Assembly (NCBI GenBank): GCA_963708295.1
Contig: CAVPSJ010000013.1
Location: 160,001-224,000 of the forward strand
Reading direction: 5' to 3'
Source: an uncultured delta proteobacterium
Lineage (GTDB): Bacteria > Desulfobacterota > BSN033 > UBA1163
DNA length: 64,000 nt
Shown: positions 1 to 10,796 of the stretch, piece after piece
Layout of the letters: each line of letters opens with the position of its first letter
Position numbering within the stretch: position 1 is the first letter of the stretch
Position numbers and translations under genes: made by a program
The notes under the pieces: generated by a model
Seen by the model: only the letters and a program-made list of their open reading frames with translations
What the model was told of the DNA's origin: nothing
Database searches by the model: none

Positions 1-159
1 GCTTCGGATAAAAGCCTTGAAGGCCTGAATTTTCCCTCGAGGATCGATCTCCTCTTCACCCCTTTGAGCATACACCGGGCAGTACTTGAGGCATTCGCCG
101 CACCGGGTGCAAGCATCAATCTCGACCAATTGTTTCGGAGAGAGGGCTGAAAGTTTCAT
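1..159 (-). CDS. (Fe-S)-binding protein, HdrD/GlpC/GlcF-like; N-terminus only, runs off the window
   Basis: Own translation MKLSALSPKQLVEIDACTRCGECLKYCPVYAQRGEEEIDPRGKIQ...; CxxCxxCxxxCP ferredoxin motif followed by PRG, as in the other GlcF-like ORFs. Absent from the ORF track because it is truncated. Confidence 0.85.
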   Translation of the reverse strand, partial: MKLSALSPKQLVEIDACTRCGECLKYCPVYAQRGEEEIDPRGKIQAFKAFIRS

Positions 160-370
160 GGAAAAATGATCCTGATTACAGCGATTTTGAATTCGAGATT
201 ACACCGATTGACCCGCACCTGACAACACGAACCTTAGAGGGTCTGTCATTCCGGGCTTGACTAAGCCTGCCCCGTGCTTGACACGGGGGAATCCAGTCTT
301 TTCCTGGATTCCTGCTGGAGTTTACCCCGTTGAAGAACGGGGCAGGAATGACGTGGTGGAATCGATTTAT

Positions 371-793
371 CTATTTCTTACCGTGCTCGGCTATTTCCGC
401 TTTGAGCCATTCCTGGAGGGTAGCGGGATCGGTCATAAGGTTCTTGAGCTCATCCAGGTTATCGGGTTTGATTTTAAACATCCACCCTTTGCCGTAGCAT
501 TCCTCGTTGATCAACTTCGCTTTCTTTTCTAATTCTTCGTTCACTGCCACCAACTCACCGCTTACGACTGCAAACACTTTTCCGAGCCACTTTCCTGACT
601 CAACCTTAGTAAAATTCTTTCCCTGGATGAGCTTTTTCCCCTCGGGAGGAAGACCGACGTAGACAATGCTGCCCGCCATCTTCTGGGCATAATCAGTCAT
701 TCCCATGACCACCTGATCCCCTTCCACGCGAGCCCAAAAATGATTCTTGTCATAATAAAGTCCTTCCGGAAATTCATATCCCTCGATATTCAT
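371..793 (-). CDS. Glycine cleavage H-like lipoyl-carrier protein (GcvH/LbpA-like)
   Basis: GcvH-fold motifs LYYxxxHxW, GMTDYAQ and INEECYGKGW; putative lipoyl-Lys in VESGKW; RBS gagggg. Confidence 0.9.
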   Translation of the reverse strand: MNIEGYEFPEGLYYDKNHFWARVEGDQVVMGMTDYAQKMAGSIVYVGLPPEGKKLIQGKNFTKVESGKWLGKVFAVVSGELVAVNEELEKKAKLINEECYGKGWMFKIKPDNLDELKNLMTDPATLQEWLKAEIAEHGKK

Positions 794-971
794 TCTCGCA
801 TCCCCTCCTCAATAAGAATTGGAATACTGGAGAATTGGAGTAGTGGAGTAATGGCCTTAAATGGAATAATAACCCATCTCAAAACACCAAGAACCTTTGA
901 CTATCTGACAAGTATTTCTTGTTTTTTTCCTGACCCAACACTCCATTACTCCATCACTCCATGCTATTTGG

Positions 972-2078
972 CTATGCTGCTTCCTTTTTGCTTCGCTCCT
1001 GGTAAAGCTGGGCGATGAACTCCGTAATGTTGTAGATTTCAATCTTCTGTTTCCGAAGTTTGGCATTTCTGAAATTGTGCAGGCAGGAGGGACATTCCGT
1101 GAGCAAAATCTCAGCTCCTGTCTCTTCGATGATTTGGCTTAGCCGATTTCTTGAAATTTCAATGGAGTCCTCAGGAAAAGACCCGCGGAGTCCACCCCCC
1201 GAGCCACAGCACATGGCATTCTCCCTGGTCCGTCTCGGCTCCACAAAATTGGGCGCAATCTTTCGGATGATCTCCCTCGGCTCATCATAGATCCCGGCAT
1301 GGCGGCCGAGATCGCAAGGATCGTGGTAAGTCACCTTTTTCTTCGTTTTTACTCCGAAGTCCAAGTCTTTCAGGAATTGAGTGATATGTTTGACCTCCAG
1401 CCCTAAGTTTTTGTAGGAAGGATGTTCTTTGAACACCCGGTAACAGTAGGGGCAGGTCGTGATCAGTGTTTTGGCGCCGGTTGTCTGAAGCTCTCGAAGA
1501 TTTTGCCGGGCCAAATCCTCCTTGATTTTGTAACCCACATCCTCCATCACACCACTGCAGCAGACCTCATCAATCATGGTAAAGTCAACCTTTAAAAGAT
1601 CAAGAAGCCGGATGGATTCCTGAACGCTTTCTTCTTCCCGGTAAGCTCCCACACAGCCCACAAAAAGGACGTAACGGGCACTTGCCTTTTTGTGTCCCCA
1701 GTCATGCCGTTCTTCTTCCCCGTAGATATTTCCATATTTCTCAACAACCTCGCCCATTTTCTTGAAGAGGTTGTCAAAACCCATCTCCACCATATCTTTT
1801 CGTGCTGCCTTGATGACCTCCTGGGGATCTGCGCCGGAGGGGCAGCTTACCGTGCAGTTCATGCAGGTGGTGCAGCGAAGGAGGGCCTGAGCCACCCCCT
1901 CGGTCACGGGGAGTTTTCCCTCCATGACCTCTTTCATGAGGATCATTTTCCCGCGGGCATTCGTAATGGGCCTTTTGGTTAAGTCGAAGATAGGGCAGAC
2001 TGCCCGGCAAAAGCCGCAGCGGGAACACTGGGTTATTGCCTTGCGCCGTTTTTCATCGAACTGAAGTTGGCTGGTCAT
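972..2078 (-). CDS. Fe-S oxidoreductase subunit (GlcF-like: 2x[4Fe-4S] plus two CCG domains)
   Basis: CSRCGFCRAVCP, CTTCMNCTVSCP, EVCCSG, TYHDPCDLGR, CCGSGGG. Confidence 0.9.
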   Translation of the reverse strand: MTSQLQFDEKRRKAITQCSRCGFCRAVCPIFDLTKRPITNARGKMILMKEVMEGKLPVTEGVAQALLRCTTCMNCTVSCPSGADPQEVIKAARKDMVEMGFDNLFKKMGEVVEKYGNIYGEEERHDWGHKKASARYVLFVGCVGAYREEESVQESIRLLDLLKVDFTMIDEVCCSGVMEDVGYKIKEDLARQNLRELQTTGAKTLITTCPYCYRVFKEHPSYKNLGLEVKHITQFLKDLDFGVKTKKKVTYHDPCDLGRHAGIYDEPREIIRKIAPNFVEPRRTRENAMCCGSGGGLRGSFPEDSIEISRNRLSQIIEETGAEILLTECPSCLHNFRNAKLRKQKIEIYNITEFIAQLYQERSKKEAA

Positions 2079-2168
2079 TATATCACCTGATCGGACCCCC
2101 TCACCTCACTCTCTCCCCTGGGGGAGAGGGAAAGGGGCTTTCTGCCATCAGCTATCAGCTATTGGCCA

Positions 2169-3542
2169 TTAGCCATCCAGAGCTCTTTTCCCTGGATTCA
2201 TGATGTTATTCGGGTCTAATGTTCTTTTGATCTGCCTCATTACTGCCATCTCTACTGAATCATGTTCCAATGTCATATAGTTTGCCTTTGAGAGGCCGAT
2301 GCCGTGCTCACCCGACAGGGTTCCTTTGAGAGAGATGGCGAGACGAAAGATTTCTTCCTCGACTTTTTCCGTCCTCTCCACTTGCTCCGGGTCGGATTCA
2401 TCGTAAAGGATTTGTGGATGAAGGTTTCCGTCACCGGCATGGCCATAGGTCGCTACCACCAGACCGTGTCTTTGAGCAATCGCTTGGATTCCCACGAGGA
2501 GATCGGGTATTCTGGAGATCGGAACGGTGACATCGTCCAGGACAAAGCTCTTGCTGACCCGGGCAAGGGTTGCATAGGCGGATTTACGGGCTTTCCAGAG
2601 GCCCAGGCGTTCTTTTTCGTCTTTTGCTGTCTTGACCAGGCTGGGGTGATTCTGATTGAGTATGCGGAGAACCACTTCCATCTGGGCCTCTACTTCCTCC
2701 CAAGTATAGCCATCCGTCTCCGTCAAAATCATAGCTTCGGCCTCAGGGAGATCGAGATCCGTATTCTCTTTGATGGATTTGAGGGTTACTTTATCCAATA
2801 TTTCCATCACGCTTGGCAAAACACCACTGGTCATGGTTTGGAAGATCGCTTTTCCCGCGTCCTCCAATTTGGCATAAGTGGCCATCGCAGTCATGGCATG
2901 ACGGGGGAGGGGATTGATTTTTAACGTGACCTCCGTGATCACCCCCAGCGTCCCCTCCGCCCCGATAAAGAGCTTGGCCAGATCATAACCGGAAACGCAT
3001 TTCATGGTGTAGGAGCCCGTGTGCATTACCTCTCCCGTTGGTAAAACGACTTGAAGGCCGAGGACATAGTCCCGGGTGGTGCCGTATTTGGCTCCCTTGA
3101 TTCCACCGGCGTTGGTGGCCACGTTTCCTCCAATGGTGGCAACGGTGCTGCTCGCCGGGTCTGGAGGGAAAGTAAAACCATGTTTTGCCAATTGTCGATT
3201 GAGATCGTCGCAGACCACACCGGCTTGAACACGGGCGTAACGATTCTCAATGCTTATTTCAAGAATTCGGTTCATCCTTGAGAGGTCGACGATGATTCCA
3301 CCCTGGACGGAAACGGCTCCTCCGCTGAGACTTGTCCCTGCTCCTCGAGGAACAACGGGAATTTTATATTGATTGGCAAACTTGACAATTTCAGCGATCT
3401 GTTCGGTTGACTCAGGCCAGACTGCCGCATCGGGCCGATGGACATTCATCGATGCGTCATAACTATAGGGAACCAACTCCTCCAGTTGATCGGTGAAATG
3501 ATCAGCCCCAACGATCTCAATCAGTTTTTCTTTTGTTGACAT
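2169..3542 (-). CDS. FAD-linked oxidase, GlcD / D-lactate dehydrogenase family
   Basis: PRGAGTSLSGG, PDPAS, ATNAGG..KYG, GHAGDGNLH, GEHGIG, DPNNIMNPGK. Confidence 0.92.
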   Translation of the reverse strand: MSTKEKLIEIVGADHFTDQLEELVPYSYDASMNVHRPDAAVWPESTEQIAEIVKFANQYKIPVVPRGAGTSLSGGAVSVQGGIIVDLSRMNRILEISIENRYARVQAGVVCDDLNRQLAKHGFTFPPDPASSTVATIGGNVATNAGGIKGAKYGTTRDYVLGLQVVLPTGEVMHTGSYTMKCVSGYDLAKLFIGAEGTLGVITEVTLKINPLPRHAMTAMATYAKLEDAGKAIFQTMTSGVLPSVMEILDKVTLKSIKENTDLDLPEAEAMILTETDGYTWEEVEAQMEVVLRILNQNHPSLVKTAKDEKERLGLWKARKSAYATLARVSKSFVLDDVTVPISRIPDLLVGIQAIAQRHGLVVATYGHAGDGNLHPQILYDESDPEQVERTEKVEEEIFRLAISLKGTLSGEHGIGLSKANYMTLEHDSVEMAVMRQIKRTLDPNNIMNPGKRALDG

Positions 3543-3620
3543 TCCTTACGGACTCCTTTTTCATGCTTCACATTTTAGTATAACTCCCTGGTAAAGATCC
3601 CTTCAATGATTTCCTCATTT

Positions 3621-4331
3621 TTATTCTTTTGGATGCTTAGAGGCCTTTACCTCCAGCTCGACGAAATTCAGGTGTTCGAGAATCCTTTCTCTGGCTTTTT
3701 CAGGAGAATGGTTCTTGATCGCCATGAATATTCGATGATGGTGGCCGAGCAGTTTCTTCACTTTCGATCGGCCCTTGAAAACCCTTGCCACAGATTCCCT
3801 GAGGAGATCATAGATGGTGGACATCACATGGGTTTGGATGGTGTTATGAGTTGCCTGGGCAATCCCTAGATGAAAGTCGGCATCTTGCTTCTCCCAGGAT
3901 CGTCCCTGCTCAAAGGCTTTTTTCATCGCCTCAAGGATGTTCTCCAATCGGTTGATGTCTTCTTCGGTGGCCCTCTGAGCAGCAAGAAAAGCACCCCAGG
4001 CCTCTAAAGCTTTTCTGACCTCGATCAGGTCGAAGATCTTCTGGGTATCCGCCTTGATGAGCAAAAAGAGAGGATTCTGGACACTGTCTGAAGCAACAGA
4101 TTTGATGACGGTCCTTCTGCCTTTTACCTCCAAAAAGCCCATGGCGACCAGGGAATTGAGAGCTTCTCTGAGAGAAGGGCGGCTGACGCCAAATTCTTTG
4201 ATCAGTTCCCGTTCCGGGGGCAACCTGTCCCCCGGCTTCAGTCTCCCTTCACTGATGAGCGTTTTGATCTGATTCGCAATTTCGTCAGAGACCCGAGTAT
4301 GTTTGATGGATTTGAACATGGCCGGACTCAT
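3621..4331 (-). CDS. GntR/FadR-family regulator (GlcC/LldR/PdhR-like)
   Basis: LKPGDRLPPEREL..FGVSRPSLREAL wHTH plus FCD domain (DADFH). ATG start at 4331 or 4319. Confidence 0.92.
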   Translation of the reverse strand: MSPAMFKSIKHTRVSDEIANQIKTLISEGRLKPGDRLPPERELIKEFGVSRPSLREALNSLVAMGFLEVKGRRTVIKSVASDSVQNPLFLLIKADTQKIFDLIEVRKALEAWGAFLAAQRATEEDINRLENILEAMKKAFEQGRSWEKQDADFHLGIAQATHNTIQTHVMSTIYDLLRESVARVFKGRSKVKKLLGHHHRIFMAIKNHSPEKARERILEHLNFVELEVKASKHPKE

Positions 4332-4335
4332 TGTC

Positions 4336-4352
4336 AAATGGTCTTACCTTTT
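4336..4352. promoter_or_regulatory. Candidate FadR-family operator (autoregulatory)
   Basis: aaaTGGTCTTACCttt next to the regulator start; resembles the TGGT-N3-ACCA boxes of LldR/PdhR. Confidence 0.6.
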
Positions 4353-4540
4353 TAAATTAAACCCTCTTTATTGTCAAGATGAAAAAAACGGTGCCCTTCA
4401 AAAGGACTTTACCGCATTTCAAGGTAGTTATTTCCAGAAGGTTTGCAGCTGAGGTGAAGGATTTTGAGGGGGCAGTGAAATGATGCAAGAAAGAAGGAAG
4501 TCAAGAACCAAGGTCATGAGGGGTCTGCCTCTCCAATCCG

Positions 4541-5035
4541 TCACATTTCATCCCAGATGGATATTTTTTCAGAGATCAGAGGGACAATAAAAACCGGTTT
4601 TCGCGCCCGAGCCAGTACGGAACCCGACACACTTCCAAGAAATGTTTGCCGAAGGAAGCCTTTCCCGTGACTTCCGAGAACAATCAAATCACATCTCTCT
4701 TCATCTGCGGCTTTCAGGATTTCTTCGGGAGGATATCCTATCTGTACAAGGATCTTGGTTACGAGATTGAGGCAAGCTAAATTGCTTAGTTCGTCGACTT
4801 TTTCACAGAACTTTCGGATACGGTTTTTGATCACCTCCATGGATATCTCATGCTGGCTGTGCTCCGCTTTGTCCGTGGCGGTTCCAAATGCACTTGCGCG
4901 CAAAGGTTCGATCGTGTGCAAAATGAGGATCTCTGCGTCATGCTTCTTCGCCATATCGACCGCGTAGTAAAAGGCATAAGCAGAGTTTTTACTGAGATCC
5001 GTAGCATAAAGAATCTTTTTGATTTTCGGGATCAT
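4541..5035 (-). CDS. Universal stress protein (UspA family)
   Basis: KKILYATDLS ... G.P.EEI ... DLIVLGSHG ... LGSVS ... KPVFIV. Confidence 0.92.
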   Translation of the reverse strand: MIPKIKKILYATDLSKNSAYAFYYAVDMAKKHDAEILILHTIEPLRASAFGTATDKAEHSQHEISMEVIKNRIRKFCEKVDELSNLACLNLVTKILVQIGYPPEEILKAADEERCDLIVLGSHGKGFLRQTFLGSVSGSVLARARKPVFIVPLISEKISIWDEM

Positions 5036-5285
5036 TTTTGTCCTCCGTCCTCATTTGGGGATACTTTTATAGATACTAAATTATCGTCTTTTGGTCAAGC
5101 TTCCTGTGCTGTAAAACTTTAGCAGTATAAGAAAGGCCCATAACAAAAACCCTAAATCCTCCTCACTTCCCCTTACGAAAGGGGGAAGAATATCTCCTCC
5201 CTTTTACAAAGGGAGGTTGGGAAGGATTTTACGGAGATGATTTTAAACCGCTTACCGTCATGCAAGGAAAGTCTCGAAACCAATC

Positions 5286-6253
5286 TTAAAGCGGATTAAG
5301 GAGGTTTGGAGGATTGCCGCTGGTAAAGGCAGCGACCAGGTTTTGGGCCGCTAACATCGCCATCCTGAGACGTGTCGCCCGGGACGAACTGGCAATGTGG
5401 GGCGCCAGAACGACATTCTTCAATTCAAGAAACCCCGGGTTCAGTTTCGGCTCATTCTCGAACACATCAAGACCTGCACCGGCAATGGTTCCCGAATGGA
5501 GCGCAGCGATCAACGCTGCCGTCGTCTACCACGCCGCCACGGGAGGCGTTGATCAGAATCGCCGTGGGCTTCATCCGTTTAAGTTCCGGTTTCCCCGATG
5601 AGGTGGTGGGTGGCAGAGGAATAGGGGACATGGATGGTCACAATGTCAGCCCGCGCCAGCAACTCATCCTTGTTCACGAAACTTGCCCGGCATGCCTGTT
5701 CAATCTCTGAGGCAGCTCGCCTGACATCGTGATAGATCACCTTCATCTCAAAGCCGATGGCACGCCGCGCCACCACCTGGCCGATGCGCCCCAGGCCGAA
5801 GATGCCCAGCGTCGCGTGGTGGACATCAAGGCCGAGAAACTGCTTCAGCTTCCAGCCGTCCCACTCGCCTTTGCGTACGTAGGCCTCTGCTTCAGTCAAT
5901 CGCCGCGCTGTGGCAAGAATCAGCGCCCAGGTGAAATCTCCGGTGGTATCGTCCAGCACCCCAGGGGTGTTGGTGGCCATGACCTTTGCTTTGGTGCATG
6001 CTTCAAGGTCAATGTTATTATAACCGACGGCGATATTGCACACTGCTTTTAAGTTCGGACACCGCGCTAATAAGGCGGTGTCAATTCTATCCGTCAGGGT
6101 GATCATGGCGCCCTGCTTGTCAGAGAGCTTCGTCGCCAGGGTTTCCGGATCCATCGGTATATCTGACTGATTCGATGTCACCTCAAAATATTGAGACAGA
6201 TATTCCAGAACCTCATCAAAAACTTCCCGGGTCACCAGTACTTTCGGTTTCAT
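5286..6253 (-). CDS. D-2-hydroxyacid dehydrogenase (glyoxylate/hydroxypyruvate reductase); frameshifted near 5590 and 5520
   Basis: [10 protein letters not shown] and GLGRIG; shifted frames give [17 protein letters not shown] and [11 protein letters not shown]...LAPHIASS. ORFs 5579..6253 and 5286..5513 are one gene. Confidence 0.88.
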
Positions 6254-6420
6254 GGTCTTATTCCCCCATGTCTATGATACAGGCATTCGCTGCCCCGATC
6301 ACGATTCCCTGGACTGCTCTCTTCTCACCAAGAAGAGAGCGGCGACGATAAAAAAACTCCCCGGAAGCCGCACGCAAAAAGCGAACAAGTATCCGGTCAT
6401 GATGCCGTCACTTCAGTGGT

Positions 6421-6631
6421 CTAATCAACCTTGGGAGCCTTTTTGACCCGGCGGTCTTTTGTAAGAATCTGCCCTTCAGCGAAGAGAAACACGACGCCGA
6501 TAAGACAGACAAAGCTGCCGGCTAACGCAAGGATAATTTGGACGAATGTCGGTGGTTCATAAATACTTATAAGACATAACACCGTAACTGCAACAATTAT
6601 GGTAGCGAGCTCCACCCAGCTTTTCCCACAT
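6421..6631 (-). CDS. Small two-TM membrane protein
   Basis: Two hydrophobic segments; RBS ggagg before the ATG at 6631, which joins the ORF with a 1-nt correction (MWEKLVELATII...). Confidence 0.5.
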
Positions 6632-6727
6632 ATTTAACCTCCCTGCATACGTGATTCAGAAAATTGAGCTAATCTGCTCCGACGACGGGCGCGGAGCATT
6701 TGTTTCAACATCTTCAGTTTGCTCGGA

Positions 6728-6913
6728 TCAACCCTTAGCGGACGGATTATTATCCGCTGCTTTCCCGAAGCGCACGATGCCGTAAAGCATGAGACAGCCC
6801 ACGGCTATCACAAGACAAAAAATGACCATGGCATGCACGGGCAGTTTGGTGATCAACGACCACAGAATGAAATTACCAACGACGACGCCGGTCACTAACA
6901 AAAAATGTCGCAT
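6728..6913 (-). CDS. Small two-TM membrane protein
   Basis: RBS aggag; two hydrophobic helices; directly downstream of dctM. Confidence 0.55.
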   Translation of the reverse strand: MRHFLLVTGVVVGNFILWSLITKLPVHAMVIFCLVIAVGCLMLYGIVRFGKAADNNPSAKG

Positions 6914-6999
6914 CTTTCTCCTCCTGATGTAGGTTTTCGTGAATCAGGCAATTACACCCCCGCTGGACGCTGAGATCCCGGCGCAGAAGCCTGCTGTCA

Positions 7000-8938
7000 T
7001 CACTTGTACACCAAGCCCGGCACCCACAGACCGATCTGCGGGAAGAGGTAGAGCAACAGTATCGCCAAACACTGGATCACCATGAACGGCAACATCCCGA
7101 TGAAGATCTGGTTGAGCGTCACATGGGGCGGCGCCACGCCCTTCAGGTAGAAGGCGGCCATCGCCACCGGCGGCGAGAGGAACGCCGTCTGGAGGTTCAG
7201 GGCCACCAGCAAACCGAAGAAGAGCGGATCGATCTTGAAGTGCGCCAGGAGCGGGATGAAGATCGGCATGAAGATGACGATGATCTCGGTCCATTCCAGC
7301 GGCCAGCCCAGAAGGAAGATGATCACCTGCGCCAGGAGCATGAACTGGGTCGGCGTCATGTCCATCGATTTCACCCACTCGTTGATAATCTCCTGACCGC
7401 CGAGGAGGGCGAAGGCCGCCGCGAAGATGCTCGAGCCGACGAAGAGCCAGCATACCATCGCCGAGGTCTTGGCGGTAAGGAAGACCGATTCCTTGACGAC
7501 GGTGAAATTGAGCTGTTTGTACGCGGCCGCCAGGACAAACCCCCCGAAGGACCCCATCGCCGCCGCCTCGGTCGGGGTCGCGAGCCCCACGACGATCGTC
7601 CCGAGGACCCCGAGGATGATCAGGGCCAGCGGGAAGAACGATCCGAGGAGCATCTTGAAGATCTCGAGACGTGCAAAGGTGAAGATCGCATAGAAGATGA
7701 CGATCCCCGCCGCGAAGACGCCGAAGGTGATCCAGAAGACCAGCGGGGCGGGATGGCGTCCGGGTGCGGCTGGTACCACGGGTGTCGCCGGCTTTACCTC
7801 GGCGGGCGGCTTTGGGGCCTCGGCCGGTGCGGCCGGGGCGACCTGCGCCGTCTGACCGGGTTCTGCCGGGGGTTCCTGCAAGCCACCCTCGGCTTGCGGT
7901 TCCTGGAGACTCCCCGTGTCGGTCGAGACTTCCGTGGGTCTCCGTCGACTCCATACCCATCGTCTGAGCGCCCGACGTATCCACAAGCGAAGGTGCCGTC
8001 GTCCAGAGGTAGACAATCAGAACGAGGAGAGAGGCCGCCACCAGGGGAAGTATGGCGATCACCAGGTGGGTGAGGAGCGTCTTCATCGGGACGTCGGCGT
8101 TCCGCTTCCCCTTGATCGCACCGATCAGCCCGACCATGACGTTGTTGGATTTCTTCGAGATCACCTCCGCGAACTTGGGCAGCTCGACGCGCTGCTCCTC
8201 CTCGGAGAGCGGCGGGGCGGTTTTCGGATTGAGCTTTGCGGAGATGATGATGTAGCCGAGATAGAGGCCGGTCAGCATGAAGCCGGGTAAAAACGCCCCG
8301 GCGTAAAGCTGGACGACCGAGACGCCCGCGGTCGCGCCGTAGAGGATCAAAAGGACCGAAGGCGGGATCAGGATGCCGAGGGTTCCCCCCGCGGTCACGA
8401 CCCCCGCCGAGAGGCGGGTGCTGTATCCGGCCTTGAGCATCGCCGGAAAGGCGAGAAGGCCCATGAGCGTCACGCACGCCCCGATGATGCCGGTGGCGGT
8501 GGCGAAGATCGCGCAGGTGATGACCGTCGCGACGGCGAGCGACCCGGGGATCCGGGAGGTCGCCAGGTGGAGACTCTTGAAGAGCCTGCCGATCAGGTTG
8601 GCCCGTTCGACGAGGTACCCCATGAAGACGAACAGCGGTATCGAGATCAGTACGTCGTTGTTCATGACGGCATAGGCCCGCTGCGACACCAGATCGAACG
8701 TGTGGGCCACCGCCGTATTCGGGTTTTGGCTGTAATAGGAGAAAAAGGCGAACATCGTTCCCATCCCCATGAGGGTGAAGGCGGTGGGAAAGCCGAGCAT
8801 GATCGCGATGACGATCATCGCGAGCATCAGGAGGCCCAGGTGACCGGTCGTCCACTGTGACAGCGGGGGCATCGCCCAGAACACACCGATCACCACCAGC
8901 GCCATGATCGATATTCCAAACCAGGCTTCTTTTCTCAT
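7000..8938 (-). CDS. dctM: TRAP transporter large permease DctM with a Pro/Ala-rich insertion; frameshift near 7935
   Basis: N-half in ORF 6944..8938 (GGTLGILIPPS); C-half in ORF 7000..8016 (ATPTEAAA, NLQTAFLSPP). Confidence 0.9.
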
Positions 8939-9561
8939 TTGTCGCCCCCTTTTCCGTGCGTCACAATCTCATCGAGCTTCGCGATATCCTCGTCGGTGAC
9001 GTGCACCGTCGCCTTCAGCTTCTCGACGTCGACCTCCTCGACGTCCTGGATGCGCGAGGGCCACTTGCCGGCCTTGAGGCACAGGACACAGCGGACGATC
9101 TCGACGAAGCCCTGCACGAGGATGAACGCCCCGGCAATGGGGATGATCGTCTTGAAGTGGTAGAGCGGGGGACCGTCGGCGGTGATGCTCGAATGCTCGA
9201 AGATCCTCCAGGAGTCGCCGGCATAGTAGTAGCCGGCCCAGCAGAGGGCGGTCACCCCGGGGAGGAAGAAGAGGATGTAGAGCGTCAGGTCGAGGGCGGC
9301 CTGCACACGCGGCGGGAAGAAACCGTAGAGGACGTCGCCGCGGACCATGCCGTTCTTCGAGAGGGTGTAGGCGCCCGCCATCATGAACAGGATCCCGTAC
9401 ATCTGGAGCATGATATCGAAGGCCCAGGAGTGCGGTGCATCGACGGCGTAGCGGGCGTACACCTCGTAGGTGATCAGAAAGGTGAGCCCCACGATGAGCC
9501 AGGAAAACGCCTGGCCGGCAAACGTGCTGATCTTGTCAATGGTGAGCAGTAGTTTCTGCAT
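8935..9561 (-). CDS. dctQ: TRAP transporter small permease DctQ
   Basis: Four TM segments, YEVYARY and VRGDVLY motifs; overlaps the dctM start. Confidence 0.9.
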   Translation of the reverse strand: MQKLLLTIDKISTFAGQAFSWLIVGLTFLITYEVYARYAVDAPHSWAFDIMLQMYGILFMMAGAYTLSKNGMVRGDVLYGFFPPRVQAALDLTLYILFFLPGVTALCWAGYYYAGDSWRIFEHSSITADGPPLYHFKTIIPIAGAFILVQGFVEIVRCVLCLKAGKWPSRIQDVEEVDVEKLKATVHVTDEDIAKLDEIVTHGKGGDK

Positions 9562-9638
9562 ATTCGATCCTTTTTAGAAAACAGCCACCCGGACGCGGAC
9601 AGCGCCCGGATGGCTGATCGATCATGGTGTGAAACCTC

Positions 9639-10796
9639 TCAGCCTTTCTTCGCGGGCCGGAGCCTTCTTGGCGCCGAAATAATGGTTATAGGCCATTCGC
9701 CGGTTGACGTTGGTATCCATGTCCCAGGCCACCGTGCGCTTGGCGAACGCGATTTGCGATTCGATGATCTCCTTGAACAGTGGGTTATCCGCCGACTTCT
9801 TCGCCACGACCTGGTCATAGACTTCGAGCTCCCTTTTCAGGATCGCGTCCGGGGTCTTGTAGAACTTGACCTTGTCCTTCGGTCTGCAGCTCAGATGTAG
9901 TCCTTCGAGTAGCGGTCAATCGACTTCCAGGACATGTCGGCAGAGGCGGCCTCTACACCGTTTTCGATGATCGCCTTCAGCTTGGCGGGCAGGGCGTCGT
10001 ACTTGGGCTTGTTGAACAGAATCTCGAACTGCTCGGCGTTCTGGTGGAAGCTCTGCAGCATGCACACCTTGGAGACGTCGGCGAAGCCGAGCAGCCGGTC
10101 GGAGGAGGCGTTGTTGAACTCCGCCCCGTCGAGGAGGCCGCGGTCCATGGCCGGGACGATCTCGCCGCCGGGCAGCGCATTTACCGCCGCGCCCAAGGCG
10201 GTGTAGACGTCAACGGAGAGCCCCACGGTACGGAACTTCATACCCTTCATGTCCTCCAGCTTTGTGATCGGCTTTTTGAACCAGCCGAACGGCTGCGTAA
10301 ACATCGGCCCGTAGGGGAAAGAGACGACGTTGGCGCCGATGGACGCGTAGAGCTTCGCCAGCAGCTCCTTGCCGCCGCCGTACTTGTGCCAGGAGAGCAG
10401 CATGTTGGCGTCCATGCCGTAGCCGGGACCCGACCCCCACAGCGCCAGCGCGTTCTGCTTGCCGTAGTGGTAGACGATGACGCCGTGGGCGCCGTCGAGC
10501 GTTCCCTTGGAGACCGCGTCCAGCACGCCGAAGGCCGGCACCACGGCACCCGCCGGAAGCACTTCGATCTTCAGATCGCCGCCGGTCATGTCATTGATCT
10601 TCTTGGCGAAGTCAAGGGCGAACTCGTGGAAAATGTCCTTGGTCGGCCAGGTGGACTGCCAGCGCATCGAAATCGGCCCCTGCGCCTTGGCGATCATCGG
10701 GAAGCCCAGCGCCGCGGCCCCGGCGGTCACTGCGGCAGCGCCTGCGAGGAACTTGCGTCGTGAAACCTGTTTCTCTTTCGTCTTCTCTTGTTTCAT
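9639..10796 (-). CDS. dctP: TRAP solute-binding protein (DctP/TakP-like) with Tat signal; frameshifts near 9880-9893 and 9655
   Basis: SRRKFL twin-arginine signal, WQSTWP, KFRTVG, GAEFN; C-terminus continues in ORF 9622..9807. Confidence 0.88.

Noticed and set aside
9891-9893. TGA ending the dctP ORF as possible Sec
   Set aside because: Homology continues in another frame (YIELQTKDKVKFY); it is an indel, with no Cys-like context.
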